Position numbers and translations under genes: made by a program
From: Callorhinchus milii
Taxonomy: Eukaryota
Direction of reading: 5' to 3'
Length of the DNA stretch: 57,318 nt
Assembly: GCF_018977255.1 (NCBI RefSeq)
Contig: NW_024705274.1
Location: forward strand, 1 to 57,318
Notes under the pieces: generated by a model
Databases searched by the model: none
Seen by the model: only the letters and a program-made list of their open reading frames with translations
Told to the model about the DNA's origin: nothing
Shown here: positions 48,901 to 57,318 of the stretch, in pieces
Numbering within the stretch: position 1 is the first letter of the stretch
Layout of the letters: every line of letters begins with the position of its first letter

Positions 48901-51900
48901 GCGCGAACTTCAAACTCCTTTTGGTCAGTAGATTGTAGGCATCATGATAACAACTGTGTTACTGTGAATGAGTTAGGAGCCAATTATAGTAACTGGCTCA
49001 GGACAACGAAAGCCCTTCACACCTTGTCCCCATAGGCTGTTAAGCGAATTCTCACTATGAGCACATGAAGCTAATCGACAATTATTCTAAACGAGTACTG
49101 GATTAGGTTTACTCGTTTCAATCAGCCGATACTTTATCTATGTTCGAATTATATGCTCCCTCCGAATTCATGCGCACAAATGAAGCCTAACCAGAAGTGG
49201 GCAACTTCGAGGGAGATACCTCTCCGAATACCAATATGTGCAATAGGAGCTCGATACAAGGTTATTAAGTCGACATCGTAGGAAAGTAGCGTTATTCCAA
49301 AGAGTTGGGCCGAGACCCGGTATTCCCCTAGTGGGGAGCGGGTTACTTTGTCGCTGTGAGACAGTGACTTTCACTATGTGCAGGACAAGGAGCTCCAACT
49401 CATAGGAAAAAAGACACTTCCGCCCACCTTTGTTAGGAGAACAGCTTCCCAAATATCCTCATAGTTGAGCTCCATACGTAGTAGCCGGTGTATACTGTCG
49501 GATGAGCCTGGGCTAAATCGGGGGAGCCAGCGAGAGTAACTCTACACCCGCCTTCTACGCCACTTCAGGCAGCAGCGCACGTGTCGCGGATTACTTTTCC
49601 GATGCTGTTCCAGAGTTTTAGTTCGCCTCGAACCGGCACCGCGACTGGCGATCAGTGTTCATTTACCTAGTTCCGTCATCATAGCTCTACGCTAGTATTT
49701 CGTTGCTGATACGTCTCGTCGTTGCATATGTTCTCCGAATTTAACCCGGGCTGACACGCTATTGGAGAAGCCCTTCAAAATTCTAGCGATTCGCTACTTG
49801 TGACTCTGTTTAATCTGGCCAGCCCTAAGGGGTGGCTCTTATACACGACAACGAAATGCGGAGGCGCGGCCCCCCTCCAGGCATCTCTTCGACCATTTGT
49901 GCGCATCTCACAATAAGCAGTCAGCATTCAAGGTCTATTCTGCACGCCTCCAAGTCGAACGGTAACGGCCTTGTTCCCAGCTATGATTCCTGACTTACTT
50001 ATAGAGCTAGCAGACATGTAGCCCCTCCCCCCTAATGCAGTGGGTCGGTAACATGACTGAGCCGTCTGTTAGCTGAGCTCTGGCGAGGCTCGGTTATTCG
50101 CAATTGGACCTGGTGCGCCATAACTGATAGTTGAGTATCCATTCCCGTTAAAATCTTAAAAACTCGTGAACGCAATAATACATGGCCGCGTGCGAAAGAC
50201 ATGGAGGATACGGTCCCTGGCTCCTGCTGGGCAGCCAGCAGTGGTAGAACTGATGAAACCTGTGAGTAATTGTTGCTGCACTCAAAATCACCGGCGCGCG
50301 ACACCTTCACGGGGGCTGGATGCCTGCTAATATATGCGTTACGCGATTTCCCTCATGACACGGTACTCGCCGATTGTATGCATTGCGGACTGAAAGACAT
50401 ACTGAGTACTCGTAATGCGTATAGTGTTGACTTAGTGTTTGCGGACCATCATCCAATCACGCTAGAGTAGTTTTGTCTGCCGCCGGAATTTCTTGCGAGC
50501 GCAGAGGTAAACTTAGGACTCGTTTCGAAAGACACCTATCCCTGTGGTGGCTCTGTACGCCCAGGGCCGCGTCGCCCACAGGACGCCAGACCTCGCTTGC
50601 GCTCCTAGCTTTCCGTATCCCGTAAAACAGTTCTGCTGGTGTGCATTCAGGAACCTTCTACCGACGCTTTTACTATTCTAGCTATTAGATACTGTGAGGA
50701 GGCAGAGTAGAAGCATGGGTCGGAGCTATATATCAACCCAGTCCGGGCCGTGTCCATGCAGGCATCGGGACTACGTGATGGGGCTATTACCACCAATCCA
50801 GCAGAAGTCTTGTGCCGGCTTTCTTGTAGGATATCAGGCCATCCGTTGGGAGCCCCAGGGGGTGAAAAGCCTGGCGCATATCATAGTTATAAACCTACGG
50901 CTCGTCAGTATGGAGTATTCTTAACAGACTATTTGATCCGGTTATCCCGTTTGAGCCGGATTCTCTGCTTGTGGCCGCCAGAGCTTTCACGTTCGGGAAA
51001 GTCGCGATCCTGGGGACTAAACCATCTAAGTCAATACCGTTGCCACTCGATAGCGTGGTCTTAGACAACGCTCGAGAAACAGACTGGACAGAACGCTAAA
51101 ATCCGTTGGTCGATGACAACCCTGCTCAAGAACCCGCAACGCCCCAACATCGTGACACTAAAGCGAGTAACCCACTAAATAGCTGAGTCGACCAAGTCTC
51201 TGGTGCTCCCGTGGAAGCGCTGTCGCTTAGAAAGCGAATATGAGGCGAGATTACTTCTTCTGCGCAGTGCTCAAGTAGGGGTTTCGGCAGTTATCTGTGG
51301 TACATGACGGAAAACGCAAGTGGCATAACCATACTTGACACGTGTTGACGACGGTATAAAGCCAGGTTGCTAGTTTAGAGAGGGTGTGTTCCTATTTGAA
51401 GCACACCCGCCTAGCCAACTCGAAACTGATGAACCTCCTTTCGACTGGATTAACCGACTGAGGGGAAGTGATGTGACACACGAGTAATACGAGTCACCGC
51501 GGCTCCTAAATCTTTATTCAAGCATGAATAGGCGCCATATCGGAACACGGTCACAGGCGTGAACGTCAGTAAGACCGCGAGCTCCCGTCCCGTATATACA
51601 GCATTTATGGCATCTTCATATCCTGTTATTCGGTAATCGGCAGGGTTATTCCTGTCTGGAAATGGGTGCGCCGGTGTCACTACACGCGGTCCGAAAGCGA
51701 TCAGACATCACGCGGACCTAGCGTTTCGCTATGAGTCAGGCCGCTGTTTCCGTAAGCGTCAGCACTGGACAATTTGTATCGGGGGTTTGGTCAAAACTCG
51801 TGCGCTTCCTGACTAAAATCGAGCCCATCATACTCCGGTGGAACGAGTTAGGGTGGCCCCTTGAAGCAATCACCGCGTATTGTAGATGCTGAGTGTAGGC

Positions 51901-54900
51901 TCTTACACTTACTTGCGACCGGAACACTGTATTATTTGGAATGCTCGAGGTTGACAACAAGTGCGCTTAACTAGCGCAATTTGTCGCGATGAATGTCGAC
52001 AAGGGGGTTCGGGCAGGGATATCATATACGCAAGGGTGGATTGATCCGCAAAGCACTCGGCCGGCGCGGGGTCCATACCAGGGCCCAGTTGCTCGTCTCA
52101 CCACTGTTACAGGGATGCTAGAATTCGCTGGGCCTCCCCAGCCATAGGGGTTCCTCCGGAAGATATTGGGATCTGACAACTGTCCAAGCCCCGAAATCCC
52201 GTAGGCTGTGGAGGCCTGCCTCACTACGGACATCACGTTAAGAGTAAGATGGCCCTTAGTTCTAGAGCTAAAGTAGTAAGTCCGTATAGGATTGGCGAAA
52301 GGCGCTTCACCTTTGAACAGGCAACGCTAAGCGTGTGACGGGATCCGGTTAGAGAACGCTTTACGCGTTTCCTGGAGTGGGAAGTACCCCAAGGAGCCGC
52401 GATCCGCCGTTAGTCTTGCAGCTGCCTGCCCAAGGAAGGTAATTGGTACACAGGGCTCGTAACTCCGACGTTATAACTGTCTGCTGCCTGGTATCATCGT
52501 ATCAGGGCTCCCAGATAAACTGAGGAATGCCTCACCCACAGCCTTTGCAGCAGTCGCTGCGTGAGATATATACAACCTAGAGAACTACCGGGCGAGAACA
52601 CGGACGCTATTTAGCTTGTTTTATTTTTCTAAATGAGTTCTCGGCTACCCCTTGGAACAGGAGCTGTCGACCCGGCCAAGCGTTAGTCTACTTGGCAAAG
52701 TCTAATCCACGATCATTTAGTAGTAGAAAAGCGAAGAATTTTGCAGCCGGAACTTTATCGAAATCAACACAAGCGGCACATAAATGCGGACCCCCTGAGT
52801 GTTTTCACGTCCTGAGGCGCAAGTCAGATTGAAGGCATGCGTCAGGCTCCCTGCAGTACAGACCCGCTCTAAGACAAGAGGAGATTAGTAGAGATGCAGA
52901 GCATCGATGCGGGATCTACTATAGATCCATCGAGGCGTAGTGCACACGGTTTTGACAGTAAATTCGGCGTCTAATCTGGCTGGCACCATCCCTTTCGGTG
53001 CGGATGATCTCACTTTAAGGCGACATTCATTTGTATGCACCGTCACTATCGCACTTCACACAGCCACCTGCCCAGGTTGTGCTTTTGAGTGAAGTACCTA
53101 AGTTTCCTGAGAAAACACTTGAGAATTGTGCGATTCTGCCACGTATCACTGGAATCAAACTGCGTATGGATGTTGGAGTTTACACAGCTAGAGTGCTTCC
53201 TGTTACTAGTGCTCACCGTGATGACGTCCAGTAGCTAACTCTGTCAGCCATTCATTTAACATAAGAGTCCCTTAATGTAGAGGACTACGTACATGCCAGC
53301 GCAAGACTCGAGCTGCGGGTGGGGCCTTTCGGCGTATCGCTGGTACTGGGGTCATGTGGTCCAAACGGGGTGCCAGCCGCTTGATTCCCGGGATGAAGAC
53401 CTTGGGGTCACAGCAATGGCCCAGTTGATCGGTACAAAACGCAACGCCGCTGAAGATGGAGAGAATCAGTTCATATACGGGGACATGCTAGATAACCGCC
53501 AACATGGGAACTAGGTGCTAACAAGCGCGCAGAGGGCTCGCACTCAGATCGCTGGTCTTTGAACCATGGCGTGAGCGATTATTGTTTCTCAAGTTTGGGC
53601 CCATAATTCTGACTCAGCGCTCCCATTCAGTTCCCCACAGCGCTGGGGATCAACCAGTGTGGTCAAGTCAATAACGGCCCAGCATAAGCAATAGCTTCGC
53701 GAGGATATAAGCGATTCGTAGTCGGGGCTGTTTGGCATCAAAGAGAGTACACAGGTGTGACACGCGGTGGCTCATATTACATACCGCTCGGACTCGCTGG
53801 AACCCGGCGCGTTGCATGCGTGCATCCTCACTGCGGTGCGGAGAGAGCCTTCCACTTACAAGTTCCGAACTGACCCGCACAGCCGTTACCCAAGGGGGTA
53901 TGGACCCGTAGGGGCAGATGGCTCTGGCCCTAATCTATGCAGTGTATGAGTTAGAATCTTGCACTAGTTTACAACACTGGCGGAAACACTGTGGAAGAAG
54001 CGGCTTGCTTCCTTTTGTAAGCCGACTCGGCGTTGTGAGCTATGAAGAGATCTGCGGGGGTCTGTAACCCACGGAGGCATGAATTGCCTGTACCGAATAG
54101 CTGGTATCAGATGGTGAATGTCCCCAGAAGGTGCTACACATTGTTCTTACATTAACACTCCACGTTGTAACGTCACCCCTGGCGGGCGGATTCTGTTCTC
54201 CTCGTGCACTCGTCGACGGGAGTGGCTCCTAACCGCGATAGACCAACCCAAACCATTCTCCCCGTGCAGTATGACAGGGGAGCAACGAGAGCTCTAGAAG
54301 GAACTATGCCGGGTTTAGTACCTGTGGCCGTAACAGACAACCGCTGACCGCGATGCGGTACGACCACACAACCAAGGGATATTGTACGCTGTGGGGTGGA
54401 GAACGACACATATGCCGGCCACGACTTTTGATCTAACTTCCCCGCAGCTCATGAAAGTGGTTACGTGTGACAGGTTCGTCTGAGCAGGCTGATTTGAGAT
54501 ACGTCAAGCGAAAAAAACAGACATACGGGGCACAATACACGACTGCAGTGCACATATGAATGCCTCCGAAACGGTTACGCAGTGGTGGGGGACGCTTGCA
54601 GACTAGCCAAATGTGCAGCGATCAGCATACAACGGGGATATGTTCCGAGCGTAGTGGGATAGACTAAGGGTCCCCCGGGCTTTAGGCCACTTTTTGAAGG
54701 TGGAAGAAACGCGCCGTTGAGGACGAATCAGGCTATATGTGCGTGCGATTCATAGGGTTTTGCGGATTCGAGTTGCGTGGAAGTAGGCGCTACTGCGTTG
54801 TTTATGGGATCATCACAGTGCACGGGAACCCGAAACTAAGCTAGGAACGGGATGAGAACGGGATTCGTAGCAGTGTAAAGATCGGGATTCAGCTGCAGGG

Positions 54901-57318
54901 GTTACGTGTTTGAGAACTGTGTCAAGCAACAGAGATATGAATGATAAATTTGTGGTCTCGCTTCCTTACGACAGAAAGGTCTAGTGGGACCGGCGAAGAG
55001 CTCCAGTAATCAGGAGACGGCTTCCGTTAGAAGCGCCCTAGTGCTTCCCTCGGATGTACTTTACAATTCGTTGCTTATCGGATTACACCCGTTGAATAAA
55101 CTAGCGGCGGAGAATTGGAGGTCGAGACAGAGACTACTGACCAAATGGCGTAGACGAGCTCCTCTTTTTAAAATAGATCCACCATGACTAACTGCCAATC
55201 AGGTAGATTCAGGTGTTACTTGACATGTTGAGTCTTTGGTCGGACATGATTTCATTGTGTTAAGACCAGGCGCTTAAGCCGGTCTGCCTCCAGTTGAGGT
55301 CACCTAGTTGCGCAGAATAGCGCATATACTGTAGCCCCGTGGTCTAGTACATAGGCAAGGAATGGGTGACCTTGTCCACAATTAAGCCAGTATATCGAGT
55401 TTATCCTGACTCATCATTCCAGTAAGAGGATGAAGGCCACAAGGCTAATTCCCAGTACCACCGCAGGTATTTAGACTGTTGCGGCCGGGCGGATATGGTC
55501 ATAAGCAATCGCGTTCGTCCGAACTTGCGAAACTTGCACACTCACGTGGGCATGGCCTATAAAATAATTGGGATGCGATTTGCCTAGAGTGGTAGCAATG
55601 AGTCCATATGCAGGGGAAGCCAGGGTAACATCTTTTCTCGCGCACTCACGGGTCCATCTACGTATCACTACTAACCATCGGGAAAGCTCTTCCGGCGTGT
55701 CGGTGCGCTCACTGCCGGCCTGGATGCCAGCTGAGGATAACTTACGAACCTTGTTAATCAATCTTAGTCTTCTCCGTCTATTTGATCTGCGCCTCGAGCA
55801 GTTAAGCCTGCGTGTTTCATGTTTTGGTCAACACCGAATGATCTTACACTGACATGACCCACAGGTCGTTAAAGGTGCCGGTCTGATAGTAGTACGCATG
55901 TTATATGTTACCAACAAGCTTGAGGCCAGTCTATAAAGTCTTGAAATTGGAATTGGCAAGGTGTCCAAGTCCCTTCGGGGGTCCACTCCTAGCCTCGTGC
56001 ACGTCACGCTTCCGGCCCTACACGCGGCTTACTAGGCGGCTAGACTCGGTAAATAATCCCCGCTGGATCCCTTCGCACATGCCCAAGTGTAACTGAAGTT
56101 ACAAGAATTTCATTAAATTACCCGCCACGACGGACCAATACCCGTGGATCATGAATGTGCGCCACCGTCTAAGACTCTGGTGCTTTACAGGGTGAAAATG
56201 TTGGCTGTGTGCATAATATTCAGATCGTAAGAGTATAGGGCAGGGACCCCAAAAATGTGCTTTACTGCAGGAGACTGTTATTATATGTCGACACATTTCC
56301 ACCCAAAGATGTTTTGCAAAAATTAGCCTTGCCAATGAAGCTCCCCTGGATGACTTGTGATCTGGGGAACTGAAATAGGTTCTTTTGCAAAGATGCGTTG
56401 CAACACTAAGAAATCGCGCTTCTCCAAGGGAGGAGAGCCGTAGCCCGCGCTGTCGGTTTGGGTAAGATTGGCGGTGAACCCATGTTCAGTAAGGTGCCTT
56501 TCAAGTCCTCTGTGAATTCATTGGCCGAAACTACCATTCTGAGGGTTGGCCTCGCACCCCGAATTACGTACGTAGGCACGATCTGGGTGGGTGGGTGGAA
56601 CTAGTCCATTGGTCTTAGAACCGGTAATGTTTAAAACTGCAGGACTTCAGCCGGCCATATAGTGTGGTCCTGTGGAGATAAGCCTGCTTGCGAGTGTGAG
56701 GGCTTGGCTTGAAGTTGTCATACTCCAGGTTGGGTTAGCTTGGCAGGCAGCTTTAGGAGTGGACGTTGGGTAGTATAAAGTGGTCTGCGAAATCGAGGAA
56801 CTATCAGTGTAACCACGTTGTCCGACCGTTCATCCTGGTCCTACTCTTACACTGAGGGGCCTAACCAGTGGATTAATGGCGAATCGGGAGCTAATCAACT
56901 TTTGATCCACATAGAGTTTAGTCATCGGTACGTTCATGAGGAAGTCCCTTTGCGACACCGTTCTAGTATTCCTCCGAGGAGACCTCCGATGACAGTTAGT
57001 ATATGTTTAGTACTGAGGTTGTTTCCTGGTATCATTAGCTTTCGGTCCGGAGCCCCCACGAGTAAGCTTGGCAACTGACTGGCCCTCCTATATGTCGGGG
57101 CGTCTTGGTCATGCGGTGCGATTACTCTTCTAACGTCATGGTCCCTAATGTGTTATCACTACACGACGCCCTCTGGCTATTCCTCTACCTATTAGAAGTG
57201 GTGTAGGTAGAAGCACGAACGAAAGCAGTGGCCCGAAAGTATATCTCACGATGGCTACCCCCCTGGGACTATCCTCGGGGCGCGATGCCTCCCACATAGG
57301 GGCTTCCTAATATTTCAA
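24920..57318. other. Featureless, random-like sequence (probably synthetic or shuffled)
   Basis: Longest ORF in the track is 133 aa, with no recognisable protein. No microsatellites, SINEs or AT-rich tracts. Base use looks even, and CG/TA dinucleotides are abundant by eye. Confidence 0.85.

Overview
The window has two unrelated halves separated by a 30-N gap (24890-24919). The left half (1-24889) is eukaryotic, vertebrate-type genomic DNA. It contains 30 consecutive coding exons of a talin gene on the minus strand, covering rod domains R1 to part of R10 (about residues 489-1911 in human talin-1 numbering), all with GT-AG introns. The GC- and CpG-rich exons and the V-SINE-like repeats suggest a lamprey or other cyclostome (inference only). 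Seven of the exons between 843 and 7297 carry 1-3 nt deletions, about 10 missing bases in total, while all 19 exons above 7400 are intact. This is most likely long-read consensus error rather than pseudogenisation. The introns hold tRNA-derived SINEs, V-SINE-like elements, a duplicated ~280-bp element and a degenerate telomere-like hexamer array. The most interesting intronic feature is a set of Penelope-like pLTR fragments carrying minimal hammerhead-ribozyme motifs, one of them inside a ~270-bp near-perfect palindrome. The right half (24920-57318) looks like uniform random sequence: no genes, repeats or compositional structure were found by eye. It is probably synthetic or shuffled filler, and I found no novel system there.
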